64,000 bases of DNA, taken from Trichosphaerium sp. ATCC 40318. Taxonomy: Eukaryota > Protista > Tubulinea. Location: the NCBI GenBank assembly GCA_038496445.1, contig JALMLS010000027.1:62001-126000 (forward strand). The letters are read 5' to 3'. The position numbers were made by a program, and so were the translations under genes. Positions 1 to 13,877 of this stretch are shown piece after piece. Position 1 is the stretch's first letter. Each line of letters starts with the position of its first letter. The notes below the pieces were generated by a model. That model searched no databases, had not been told where the DNA came from, and saw only the letters and a program-made list of their open reading frames with translations.

Positions 1-3000
1 TTGTTGATTTGCGTGGCAACTCTCTTCGAGCTTACAACTTAGCCTTTACAAACATTGATGTTGTGAGTCCAACTGCCCTTACACCAACTGTAAACACCAC
101 AGTCCACCCTGGTGCTTCTCTCGCAACCACGTTTGGTAAAACGATTGTACTTGCCGTTAGTTTCTCTGAGAATGTAACGTACGTTATTTTTTCGTAAAGT
201 AATTCTATTGGTTTAGTATTTGTTAACAAACCATTTAGTGGAGCTGAAGCAGTAGATGTTTCGTCATCCTTTGACGGGTTTGGTAGTAACGGAATTGTGA
301 GTTACGACGTAACACCTGTTGGCATGTCTAAACAAGACTACGTCATCACTATTGAAGTGGCAGATGGCTTGGAACTTACTGGTACTTTTGATTTTACAGA
401 CAGCAGTAGTGCTGCCGTTCAAGATGAAGGTACGTTGGAATCAAAAAAACCCTTAATTTTTCTTTTTCTGATAATACTATTTAGCTGTACCTTCCAACTC
501 TCTTCTTCCTTTTGAAGCAATCTCTTTGACAGTTGATACTGTAAAACCTACACTTGTGGGAGCATCACCTGCTAGCGGTAGCCCCGCTTTCCGTGTTGTA
601 CGTAGTTTATCTATTTCAACAAAGAAATACGCATTTGTTCTCACACAACTTAGGGCGGTAGTGGCATTACGTTCGAGTTCGAATTGGAATTCAGTGAGCC
701 TGTTACTGGAGTAAATGCTACCTCTATCGAAATTATGGACTCTAACTTTGCTATCACTAAAGTTGGTAAGTTGATTTTACCTTGTTTTTTAACCGTTCTT
801 ACACTTTGTAGCTACTGTTGGTGCTAGTACAGTACACCAATTCGAAATTGAAAATCTTGATCCTAATTTGCTTCGTCCAACAAGCACCTTTACCATTGTA
901 TTCAATTCTGAAGCCGTTATTTTGGTATGGAGCTTAAACACTGTCTCTTTGTTTACGTATTTCCTTAGGATACTGCTAATCCACCCAACCAATTGGATAT
1001 TTCCGGTATATCCAGCACATTCTCTTATGAATATGATACATTCGGTCCTGCTATAACCGATGTTGATGTTTCTAGCGCTGTTAGTGAGTTTGCGTCTACA
1101 ATAGGAAACTTTGTTCGTGCTACTAGCAACGGTGCTATAAGAGTCGTATGGACTTTTGACGAGCGTGTTGGCGCAGGAGCTAGCCAAGACGGCAGATTAA
1201 CCTCTAATCATGTTGTATTGAAAGACAGTACTTCTAATCCAGTTCTAACAAGCTCAGTTGGTACTTTTATTGTTTCCGCAAATGGTGAGGGTGATGTGTG
1301 GACAACCGCCATATTTTTGAACCCAGATCCTATGAATGATGGTGTACAATTCTCTCTTGGATTTTCCACCACATCGCCAACTGTAGTTACTGATGAACCA
1401 TCTCCGGCTGCTACAAACTTTGTTGTAAATGATGCCTCTCAAATGGAATTTGATGCGAGCAGTTTTATTTTCACAGTTGATATCACGGTATGTAATCGCT
1501 CTCTTTTTTTTTATTCCAAATATTTTGTTTGTTCAAATACTCATGTTTTTCAGAAACCGCAAGTGGATACATTTGCCCCGGTAAACAAAAGCACACAAAG
1601 ACCACCACTCAATGCTGCTGAAAAACGACCAAGATCGTTTATTTTGACTGTTGAGTTCAGCGAGAATGTTTATATTAGAGATCAAACAGCTCTTGATGAA
1701 TTCATTACTTGTGAACTGCAAGGTGGAGGTGTTTGCCCTGGGTTCACGGTAGAGTGTGATGGTACAAACATGGGTTGCCAATTCGGCTCCACAGGAACTA
1801 TGCAATACAACTTCACTGTATCATTTACTGATGTGAGTCTACTTTCAAATTCCTCAAAACTTGTAATTAATGGTATTAGGATGCTGCTGTTGTTTTGGGC
1901 TGTAACGAAAACAGCGCTCTCGATAGAGCAAACAATGTCCCTGATTCAACCTGCTCTTATGCTGTTGTTATCGATGGAGCAGAACCAAATGCTACTTTTA
2001 CGCCAGATATTAATGCACCACTACCTGGTATCGTTCCACTAGAATTCCAAGTTACCTTCAACGAGCCTGTGCAAGGTGTTGAAGAGAGCGATTTGATAGT
2101 CATGTCTCCTGCAGGAGTAACGCAAAGTGCTTCAATTAGTTTGGCACCTCCTACTGCCATGTCTGATGGAACAGTGTACACATGGACTGTTTCGAATTTC
2201 CCAGCTGGTGGTAATTACACCTTCATGCTGCAAGGCGACGCTGGTGATGATATCACTGATTTTACCAACGAAATGCCAAATCTTTTTGCTGGGTTAACTG
2301 TGGTGTATGAGATTGATCTCAGTAATCCATCTATTCTCGTTGACGCCTCTACCCCTACTCCTATTCTTGATCGTACCAATTCGTTCATCTCGGAAAATAG
2401 CCAGGATGGTAGTTTTGTTATCAGGATAGAATTCAGCGAAGAAGTTGAAAATGTTAAAGCCACTGTACGTAACTTTGCTTTTAGTACCCCTCCCCTTTCT
2501 TTCTAACCTTTTTTTTTTTTTTCCAGAACTTCCTTATTACTTCTGAGATTTCAGCTGCCAATCCTTCTGCTGTTCCTAGTAACCCAGTAAATGTATCAAA
2601 GTTTTCAGCTACTGAATACGATTTGACTGTCAATATCAGTTGTCTAGCTTTCAACCTTGTTGAATGCGACAGAGTGTACGTTAAGCTTTTATAATTCAAT
2701 ACCAAAAGGGAAAAGTCGCTTACGTTTTGTTACTAGTTGGCAAATTCAGTACATTGGATTCGACCCTATTGTAGATCTTCAAGGTAACGAGTTGAATACA
2801 CCTAGCGTGTTCAGATACAATATCGATTTGCTCCGCCCTACATACCTTTCTACGATTGATTCAGATCCATCTACTTCCACTATCATTGGTGCTTCCTTCA
2901 ACTTTATTGCTAAGTTTGATGAACCTGTTGCAAATGTATCTACGGATTTATTCACTTTTGCATTTGACGATGCTTTGTTGAATACTGGTATTGCGGTAGT

Positions 3001-6000
3001 GAGTCCTTTCCAAAAACAATTAGATGAAACATGGGTATCAAATATTGTCATCAATGACGCAGTTGCTGATAACTACACCATCTGTTTGATAAAAGACTTG
3101 GCAGAATTTGCTATCCACGATGTCATGGAGCCTGGTGTACGTCTATTGAACCATTAGGAAAACCTATAAACTTTGTTTTGTGTTACACACTAACAACTCC
3201 TCAGTCTGAGCTCAATTACTTGAACATTCCATCTGACGCTTGTGTCACATACTCTATTGATACTATAGAGCCAACAGTTGTTTCTCACCAACCTGAAAAC
3301 AATACAGTTGAAAAATATAACGGGTTTACCTTTGACATTGTGTACGTTATCAGTACCTTTGCGACTTTCTTGTACTGACAACTTTGTAGCTTTGATGAGA
3401 ACGTTATTGTTCCACCTAGTGCTTTTACAATTGAGCCAGCTTCTGGAAGTCTTAGAATGTGTAGTGCTCCTTTGAGCATAAACACTGTCCCAAGTTGTAA
3501 GTACCGTTTTCAACGATAGCCTTTACTACAGGTTCATTATCTAACAGGTTCTTTAGCTGTTAGCAATGTTTATAATACTACACTTACGTTTACTCAAGAA
3601 GAAAGCGATAACTGTGAATACATCATCACTTACACTACTGCTGTTAAAGATATTGCAATTCCGGCTAATACATTGGTAAGATTTGTTGTTGAAACTTCAA
3701 AAAAAAAAAATTCTACAGGGTTTAATAGCTTATCGTTAAACTAGGATATGGAATTTTCTCAAAGATTCACAGTAGACACTTTGAAACCTACGTTGCTCAC
3801 CTTTGACAGAAGCCCATCAGGCCTAGTATCTGGTTCTGTAGTAACTCTCGTTTACACCTTCAGTGAGGATATCAACAATATTTCTACTTCAGACATCACA
3901 GTTTTCCCTTCGGCCAATGAAGTTACTGATGTAACTGTCGACCTTAACGAACTCAGAGTTGAACTTAATAACACTGTTTCTGCTTCTACTACTGTAACCC
4001 TCGCTGCTGGAGGTACCACCATCATTTTCTAAGTAATGCTAACCTTTTTCTTTAGTTATCAAAGATTTGACTATACCAGCTAATACCAACCTTGAAATAT
4101 CTCATACCTTTGATGTTGATGTTACAAAACCTGTCATCTCAATGCCTGTGCCAGCACCAGGCTCCCACCAAGCTTCTGGATTTACACTTAGTGTTACAAT
4201 TTCCGAAGCGTTTATGGTACCTGTTACCGTAGACCCAACTTCTGTGGGTTTGACGTTTGGTACGATATTTACTTCTAACGGAGTCGAATGGTCCGATATT
4301 AAACCTGAAGCTGGGACTAACGACACATACACGCTCACTATCCCTGCTGGTGCAATAAAAGATTTGGCCACACCTCCAAATGTCAATGATGAATTTAATG
4401 TTACATACACTATTGATGACGAGCGACCAACATTTATTGAGTTCCAACCACAATATTTGATTCAGCCAGATACCTTCACATTTTCTGCTGAATTCAGCGA
4501 GCCAGTTCAAAATCTTGGTACGTAACCTACTTTCTTCTAGAAAGCAGAGTTTTTAGAATTACTGTCGACTAACTGTAACTTAGTCACCAACGGCACTAGG
4601 TGTCTTAACATTCAATATCCTGGTGATCAATTTACAATTTTAAGTGGACCAACTCCTGATGCAACCAGAACTATTTTCTCTTGGGAACTCTCTTTTGTTG
4701 TAAACCCATCAACTCCTCTCGAAGCGCAGATAACCTTAGACCAGAGCTGTGCACAAACTATTCATGACGATGCTGAGCCAGGTATTACTAAATTGTTTTT
4801 ACCAGCAATGATGTTGTTCTCACACTTTTACAGCTGAATCAAACAAATTGGATAAACTTAATGAAATTGGTACTCTAACATATTTGATTGATACAGTTGC
4901 ACCACGCATATTGACTGTCACCAACAATGGTATTATCAAACCAGACAATCTTGACAAAGAACAACCAGAAACAGTTATCTTTTCGATTGAGTTTAACGAA
5001 CTTGTAAATGGCGTCAAAGACAATTCCATCAGCAAGTTTAACGGAACAGCTGACATTCTGTCAACTACCTTGCTCACTACTATGGAAAACGCTACAGTAT
5101 TCGAGTGGGAGATTACGTTTAGTACATCTGGAACTATAGAGCTTTATGTACGTGGAAGAGTTCTCTGGCAAACTGGATTTATTCGTTAGTGTTGTTGCTA
5201 GTACTTACTGTTTTTTGCAGGTATCAGATGAGGATATAGCTGATTTATCTGCAACACCAAACAACTACAATGCCACAAACGCTCCAACATTCTCTTTTAC
5301 TGTCGATTTCTATCCTCCAGTCGTTGTTTCGTTCTCCCCACCAGGCTTTGGTGTGGACAAGGTGATTGGTGACAGTATTCAGTTTGTAGTAACTTTTGAT
5401 GAGCCTGTTGAAGGCGTTAAAACTGAATCTCTTATTGTTACCTTCCCTGGTGGTGTTGCTGCTGGTTCCATTGGCGGTGCCCCAACTTCTGATGATGGCA
5501 TCTCTTATACATGGGATCTCATCTTCACCAGAGGCGGACCAATAGAACTTGAAATTGCAGTTGGTACTATTTTCGATGATGCTCTTGTAGCAAACAACTA
5601 CACAGACGTACGTTTTTGCTTCTGATACAAAAACTAACATAAACAAGGGTGATGTCACTACTTATCTTATTGATGATATTATTACACCAGTTATCTCTTC
5701 TGTCACGCCTGCACCTGGCTCTTCAGCTCCAGGAATTCGCATTCCTCCTACTTTGGACTTTGTAGTCCAATTTTCCGAGAATGTTATCAATGTTGACAGA
5801 ACTGATTTTATTATCGAAGGCACCAGAGATGAAACAATCGACTCTGTGTCACCATCAACGCCTCCTGTGGAAGGAGTCACAAATTACACCTTTAGTGCCT
5901 CTAATCTGGCTGATGGAGTACTCATTCTTCGTATGCTTGAAGGTGGTATTGTTGATACTGCTCCTGCCCTTCCCGATAAAAATAGATTTGAAACCTCAGC

Positions 6001-9000
6001 TCAATTCTTCTACACCGTCGATAGCGCTGCTCCAGTATGTAGTTTCGCTCCTAACGAAGGTGTGGATCAACCAAGCACCCTTGTATGGCGTGTAACTTGT
6101 GATGAACCTATTGTGGTGCGTACAAAATTGCAAAACGAATTGTCATTTTTACTTACTCTTCATAGAATACTGCTGGTAGTGCTCCAGATGAAAACAGTGT
6201 TGATACAGTTGGTACTAGTCCTGATACCACTACATTTACAGCCTCAACTGCTGGTGGAGTTTTCGTGTACGAATGGACATTCACTTTCACCAATCCTGGC
6301 AGTTTTGACGTTACACTTGGTGGTTCTGGAAAAGAGTTATTTGATACCACTATCATAACGCCTAATCCTCTCACCGCTCTCAACGCAGTTTATACTATTG
6401 ATACCTCGCTTCCTACCGTAGCAGGTAAGTTATCTCTCCCCTCATAATCAATGTTTTTATTTTTTCTTACGACCTTCTTAGATTTCGCACCTTTGGAAAC
6501 TCTTAATGGACAAAATGTGAAATATCCTAATACATTCACTTTCAATTTCACCTTTAACGAAGCTGTAAGCGGTGTTTCTGAGTCATCTTTGTCCCTATCA
6601 TTCAATGGAGCTATAGCTGGTACATTTCCTTTTCTTCTCATTTTGTATTTTTACTCCCGTTTAACTGTTTCCTAAGGCAACGTAAGAGTTGGTAGTTTCC
6701 TCCGTCCAGCTGCTGCTTCTTCTGTTGGCCCATATACTTGGGAGTTGGATTTCACTGCCTCTACCCTTGTTGCTGTTGAGCTTCTCAAAGATGGTATTAC
6801 TGATGAAAATGGAAATGATTTCCTTGGATCACGTCAATTTAACTATGTTGTCGATTTGGATGCTCCTGTAGCTACTTTCTCACCTGCTGGCGTTGGTCTT
6901 GGTATTAGAATCAATGAAGACACTGCTGGAGAGTTTGTATTCAATGTTCAATTTGACGAAGAAGTAAGAGACGCTGTTGGCAATACAATTTTTTAACTTC
7001 TTCAACTAGGTTGTTGGTGTAACCGAAACCTCCCTTGCGTTCACCCCAGCTCTTGCAATAGAAGGCAACACGTTTAATGAAATCAGTGCAGGTTCCGAAT
7101 ACGAATGGACTCTCACTTTCAGCGAAGATATTGAGCAAATTATTTCTATTGCCATTCCAGTTGCTAACGGTGTCACTGATACTACTGTGGTACGCTTGTA
7201 GTCTGTTTATTCTTTTTTGAGATATTTTCTCCTTTTGTATACAACTTGTTGCTAAAGTCAATTACAGGTTTCGCCAAACGGCCTTGCAGCTGATGGAGAT
7301 TTCGCTTCTTACTTCATTGATACAAGAAACCCAACTTTGAACAGTTTCACCCCAGCTGCTTCTAGACAACCGAGAACGTTCATTGTAGAGATGGTATTCT
7401 CTGAGGCTGTAACAGGAGTGCAATCAAACGATATGTTTGTTAACGTACGTCTTTTGTTGTTACATTTTTAGAAGCTGAATGCTCACCTATATTGTTAGCC
7501 AGCAACACCAGGCGCTACTATTGAATTGATTGATGCGTCTAGCGTTGCCCCAAGAACAACGTACCAATGGCAAGTAACGTACCCTATGGACGTTTCTGTT
7601 GCATCTACATTCACATTCTCGTCTACTTCTACTGTCGACACCTCCACGCCTCCAAATCCTTTCGATTCAGCCTCTATTGCTCCTGTTGTATACATTATTG
7701 ACTCAAAGGCTCCTGCTGTTTCTGACAAGCAAGTAACACCATCTTTGACTGGTAATGCTGCTGGTACAACGTTCTCGTTCGTAGCTACCTTCGATGAAGA
7801 TGTTTCTGGTGTTGTAGATAGTACGTACACTATGTAACATTGTTGTTTACTTACTCGGGTTTTAGGTGATTTGGAGCTCACACAAACCTCCGCTGTTTGT
7901 GTTGCAGGTGCTGTTCAACCAGCTGCTGGTCCTGCCAGTGTATACACTTGGCCTATCACATGTACCGCTGAGGCAACAAACAATCACGATCTCGAATTTA
8001 CTATTAGTACACTTGGTTCGATTGTTGATCAAACACTAGTCACTCCAAACAGTTTCGTTGGTGACCAAAACACTTTCAGCGTAGTTGTTGATACAACCAA
8101 GCCTGCAGTCGATGAGAGTCAAACTATGCCTCCTACAACTCAACGCTTGGGACTCAACACAGATATGTTCTGTTTCTCATTCAACGAAGAAGTTGCTCCA
8201 TTCACACAAGATCTTGATATTACTGGACAACTTAACTCCGGTGCTATTTCCCTTGGTAACGGGTGTTGGAATCCACAATTAGGTGCTGGCGACCAAAACG
8301 TATGTCATTGTCTTCTTTATTTTATTTTTTTCAATTCGTATCTTGCCTACGCAAAAAACTGACCTTCTTGTTCAGGGCACTGTAACCTTTAGACTTGGTG
8401 TTGATGTTTCTGATCTTGCTACACCTCCAAACACTGTCCTTGGTTCTGAAGTAACATTCACATACCTTGTTGATCTTGCAGTACCTACTGTAAGCTCTCA
8501 CACTTCTGCTCCTTCTAGCGCAGAGCAAGGAGCTGACTTTAAGATTGAGCTCACCTTCAGCGAAGTAGTTTCCGGTGTTTCTACAAGCAACCTTATGATT
8601 TCTGGTACCTCAGGTATGTGAATTCTTGCCATTCCTTTTTTTTTGTTGTCTAGTATGTATTCAAGATTAATTATGTTTTAGTTACCACTGTTGGTCAACC
8701 TACCACTACAGGTGGTGATATTTGGACTTTCGAGCTCACTAGTACTGCTTCTGGCACCTTAGATGTTTCATTCGCTGGTGCTGGTGTTACTGACATTGTT
8801 GGAAATGTTGCTACTGACTATACTGTCGGTTCATTCACAATTGATGTTGACCAACCTACTGTTACTAGCATTGTTACTGATCCTACACCTTCTGGTTCTG
8901 AAGGTCTTCCTCAAACAAAGTCATTCACTGTCACTTTCAGCGAGGATGTAGTAGGTGTTGATGCAAGCTCCCTTGTTGCTACCAACAATGCGTTTACAGT

Positions 9001-12000
9001 TGACAATTACGCTCAAGGATGTACGTTTAGTAGCTTACTCACAATTCTGTACAAATACTTATTTACATCTAGTACTCCCATCTATCCACACATTCGACGT
9101 TACCTTCAACGGTGCTACTCCAGCTACTCTAACAATTGCAGTTGGTTCTATCACTGATGTAGTCGGCAATGCCCTAGATATCTCAGACGAACTCAATACT
9201 GTTGACTTTAACATTGATTTCACACGTCCAACCATCTCTAGAGATAACGTTCTACCAACTGCTACCCAGCAAGGAAAGAATTTCGTGTTTGTTGCTGTAT
9301 TTGACGAACCTGTATTTGGTCTTCGTTCAATCGATCTTGTAATCGCATCAACATCCCCAGCTCAGTGTACTATCGACACTTCTGGTTTCGAAGCCAGAAC
9401 TACCACAGAGTACGCTTGGCCTATTGTCTGTACTGTTGGCGGAGCTCCTATTGCTATTACCCTTCCACCTACCTCAAGTACGACTCTTTGTGTGCTTTTT
9501 CCTGTACTCATATTTTTCAATAGCTATTGTTGATGGTGCTCTTGTCCCTAACTCATATAACGCTGATCAAACTTTCTCATACAGTATCGAGGATATTACT
9601 CCACCTACTCTTGCAGTTCAAACACCTTTGGCATCAGTCACACAAGGCCCTAATGTGGAAATTAGCATAACTTTCTCTGAAGCTGTTGAAAATGTTGTTG
9701 CTGGCTCTTTGAGTGTTGCTGCACAATCTAGCAACGGTATGGTTTTGGGAACCGTTAACTACCAGCCTCCAGCTATTAGCCCAAGTGCTGGTCCATACGT
9801 CTGGACATTGCCATTCTCTGCCGGTTCTGGTACAGCTGATGTTCGCGTTCTCGCTAGTGCTGGCGGTGCTACTATTTCCGATGCTGCTGGCAATCTTTTC
9901 GTCAGTTCTTCTCTTGTACGTTATGATGTAGACGCAGCAGCTCCATTGCTTGTTTCGTTCTCTCCATCTGCAGGTCAAACGCAACCAAAACAGGTACACA
10001 GCAACGTTCTCGAAAAAAGATTTTTGTTAACCGCGTTTCGCTTAGATGACTGTTACCACTACCTTCAACGAAAACGTTCAAGGTGTAAGCCAAGACGACC
10101 TCGTACTTACAAACATCAATGGTACTGTCACTGGATTCCAGGACGCAGCTATCGTTCCTGGTGTTGGACCATACACATGGCAAATCACATTTTTCGAATC
10201 TGGAACTGCTCGTATTGCTCTTAATAACGGTGGTTTCGAAGATGTTTTCGGAAATCCTTATGCTGAACCTGCTGGTGTTGATCGTACCTTCCCTGTTGAC
10301 ATCAACCGTCCATTCGTAACAACGTCTGTTCCTTCCGTTGATAACACTATTGTTGCTGCAACCACCAACCTCACCCTCTCCTACGCGTACGTTACTTTTT
10401 ACTATTATGAAGCAAAGCCCGTCAATGACGCTTGCTGCAATCAATAGTGTCTAACACTTTCTTTATAGACCTGCTGTACGCGGTGTTAACGCTTCCGCTG
10501 TGAGATTTGAAGGTGGTTCTGGTTCCGTTACAAGAGTACTTGCTCCTGACACCTCAGCCGAGGCAAATGGACCTTATACTTTCGAATTGGCCTTCACCTC
10601 AAATGGTTTGGTCAAGGTTGTTGTTGAATCTTTGGACATTGTCAATGCCGAAAATACACCTGCCGCTGCTTTCGAGAGAGTATTCGATGTTGATATCGTT
10701 CGCCCTCAAGTATCAGCTTTCTCTCCAGTTAACTCTGGTCTACTTAATGCTGACGCTCAACAGTTTACCATCACGTTTACTGAAGCTATGCAACAAGTAT
10801 TTGATGCTTCTGATATTTCATGCAACAGTACGTCAACGACTCAAGTAGTAAGATTTTCGATATTAACTCATTTTTTTTAATAGTTGCATACAACTTTGGT
10901 AGTGCCACTTTTACTTCACCAACATCTGTGAGTCTTACTGTCACCTTCACTGAATCTAGTGACAGTGCTGTATTCTCTATTGGTGGTAACCTAAAGGACG
11001 AGCATGGTAACCTTGTGGAATCTTCCAACTCGACAACTTTTGCTGTTGATGTTGTTGCTCCACAACTCGTCTCTACCATACCAAATCCATTCGATTCCTC
11101 TATCAGCATAGCTGACAGAAAACTTGCAGGTCCAAAAGATTCTGTAACCTTCGTGTTCTCTGAGCCTGTCACATTCAACTTTGACATGTTGACTATTCTT
11201 GGTGGTTCAATCTCTCTTTCTGAGAGCCAAGTTCAATTCAACACATCCGACAACGGAAGAACATGGTTAATTTCTCTTGACTTTACTGGTGAAGATAAAT
11301 TGGAGGCTCAAGTAGAATTCGATCTGACAGCCAAACCAGATCGTATCAGAGATTTGGCTGGTAACGAACTTGCTACCTCCCAACCTCGTACCTTCACAGT
11401 TGATACACGTGATATTACCATCACAACAAATCCTGACTTGAATGATCCTAACTACAAAATGGGACAAGATCTACCAGTCACTTTGGGAACAGGAACTATT
11501 CAACCGGCACCTACAGTACGTACTCAAACAAACCATCACCACTTTAGTTCGTTTCTTTATTGTTTCGTTATACTCATACTTTTTACTAGGTTGTTGCTAT
11601 TGTTGGAGGTTCTAAGCGTTCAGTAGAACAGACGGTTAACCTTGTTGTTACACCATCCACACCATCTGATTCCTTCGAGTTTAATACTCCTGGAGCAGGT
11701 GATATTCCAGCTGGACCTGTTCAACTAAGGATTGAATACGGTTTCAATGGCGCAAGACAAACTATTCTTGTTCCAGCTACACCAACCACTTTCGATCCTA
11801 CAGCTCCTCAAGTTACTAGCATCGTATCTAACCAACCAAACGGAATCACCAACTCTACTGTTGATGTAACTGTTGTATTTACAGAAGCTGTAACTGGATT
11901 TACTGCTACCTCAATCGCATTGACACGTACGCTTTTTTAGTTACTGGCATTTTGTTGATGAAAGTATTCAAAAAACTAATTCTTTAATTTAGCAAGTACC

Positions 12001-12726
12001 GCAACCGTAACCTCTGTCACATCTTCTGATGGCATTACATTCAGTGTAATCCTCAATGTGCCAAATCCAGCATCTGCTACAGCAAACAAAACACTTACAT
12101 TTGCTATTGATGCCACTGGAATTACAGATACTGCTGCCAATGCTCTTGTAGCTGGTAACACCAACACCAACTTTGATGTTGAGATTCTTCTCCCATCTCC
12201 TGTTGTTGTACGTGAATGTTTCTAGCTTTGTTTTTTTTTTTCACCAATCAACGACTTCTGATAAACTTTTTACTTATACTTTCTTAAGGCTACCCCAACT
12301 GAAAGCAGCAACGCTGGACTCATCGCTGGTATTGCCATTGCGGTGATTATTATCATTGTCATTATTGTCGTCGTATTGGTATACTTCTTTGTAATCAGAG
12401 GAGGTGACAGCGATCGCCATAAACACACAGAAATGGACGACAGAAGGCAATCACCTCCTGTTGCTCCTGCTGGTCCACGTGATGACGATGACGTTGAATC
12501 CGATGATGACTCTGGTATGCCTGCCTTTGGCGCTGGCCATGATCTAGAATCATCAAGCGGATCAAGTGTAGATAATTCAGATGATGACGAAATTAGCTCA
12601 TCTGAACAAGAAGAGGAATACTCTTCTGATGAGGGTTCATCAGGCTCTGAATCTGACATCGCTTCCGATGAGGATAGCGAAGATGAAGAATCTGATTACA
12701 GTAGTGAAGAGGAAGCATCTCAATAA
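1..12726 (+). CDS. Giant multi-exon type I membrane protein with ~30 tandem bacterial-type Ig-like (Big) repeats; 5' end lies outside the window
   Basis: The + strand exons repeat a ~105-120 aa beta-rich unit with D-x-x-x-P-[TV]-[VL] at the boundaries (DVVSPT, DTVKPT, DTFGPA, DTLKPT, DTVAPR, DSAAPV, DLDAPV, DSKAPA, DVVAPQ, DPTAPQ...) followed by F-[SDN]-E-x-V-x-G. Exons are joined by short GT-AG introns. The last exon has a TM helix (AGLIAGIAIAVIIIIVIIVVVLVYFFVI, ~12312-12396) and an Asp/Glu/Ser-rich tail ending in TAA at 12726. Confidence 0.88.
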
Positions 12727-12872
12727 TTATTTTGAGACTTACCTCTAGTTTTGTTTAAATAAAACTGTACCTCATTAAAAATGTTTTTGTTTTTTTTTGG
12801 TTATGTGTTGGTCCACGTCGGTTTTTCGTCCTTGAAAATTGTCTGTGTAAGCGTTGAGAAGGCTGGAGTTAA

Positions 12873-13760
12873 ATGAGTGACTTGGAGACATTGATAAACC
12901 CTGGAACAAAGGCTCACGTGACTGTCAAAGTTAACACCCCACAAGAAGTAGTTGAAACGCTTCTGGCTACCTTTGAAAAACGCGGTGAGTTGCCATAACG
13001 TAAAATAAAAATGCTGTATTTAAACTTACTCTAACAGGGTTTGAGGCTTATTTTGAAGATGTAACGCTTGCGCAGCACTCTCTACAATGCGCTACACTTG
13101 CGGAGAGTAACGGGGAAACGCCACAGTTGATTTGTACGTTTTTTATTTTGATTCTATTCATCAACTGTGATATTTGTTTCAGCTGCATGCTTGCTACACG
13201 ACTATGCACACATGCTTTACACAGAAGCAGATTGGAAAAAAGCTGACATGCTTCACGAAAAAATTGGGCATGATTTCCTATCTCGGTACAAAGTCAATTT
13301 GTCAAAGACGTGACCAGTTTCTAGATGGTTTACAGACGATGTTACCAAACCAGTTCTTCTACACGTGCCAGCGAAGAGGTAAGTTGACTTGTTTGGATGG
13401 TAAAGCATTTACTTTAGTTACACTCAGTTTAACTTTGTACTTTGCTGAGCAACTTTAATAGGTGTTTGGTGACTGTGGATAGTAAGTACTTTGATCTACT
13501 TTCTAAGGCGTCAGTGTACTCTTTGGAGATGCAAGGTGGGCCATTCTCTAAAAGAGAAGCCGAGGAGTTTCAAAAGAAACCATTTGCTGCTGATGCAATG
13601 AAGTTGAGACGATACGACGACATGGTAACGATAAAAATTATATTGAGTTGTATTAACAACTAATGTATAGGCAAAAATGCCAAACTACAAGACGCCACCA
13701 CTTGAACACTTTAAAGTTTACATGTTGCAAAGTATTTCTACAACAAGTTTTAACCAATGA
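12873..13760 (+). CDS. HD-domain diiron oxygenase, PhnZ/TmpB-like (phosphonate-degradation-associated HDIG family)
   Basis: Spliced reading MSDLETL...EAYFEDVTLAQHSLQCATLA...ACLLHDYAH...HEKIG...VLLHVPAKR...LSKASVYSLEMQGGPF...AMKLRRYDDMAK. It matches the PhnZ motif series (YxxE, H, HD, H, H, RxxDD). ATG at 12873, TGA at 13758-13760. Confidence 0.85.
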
Positions 13761-13877
13761 TACCTAGAAAAGCCATATAGTTGCATTGTTGCTTAAATAT
13801 CCGCGTTGAACATAAATAAAGCTTTGCTTACAGCTTTATCAATAATAACACGCATGTGATGTTGGGTTTTTTTTGAC

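Noticed and set aside
32-12659. Many minus-strand and alternative-frame ORFs over the Ig-repeat gene
   Set aside because: They are shadow ORFs caused by codon bias and have no independent motifs.
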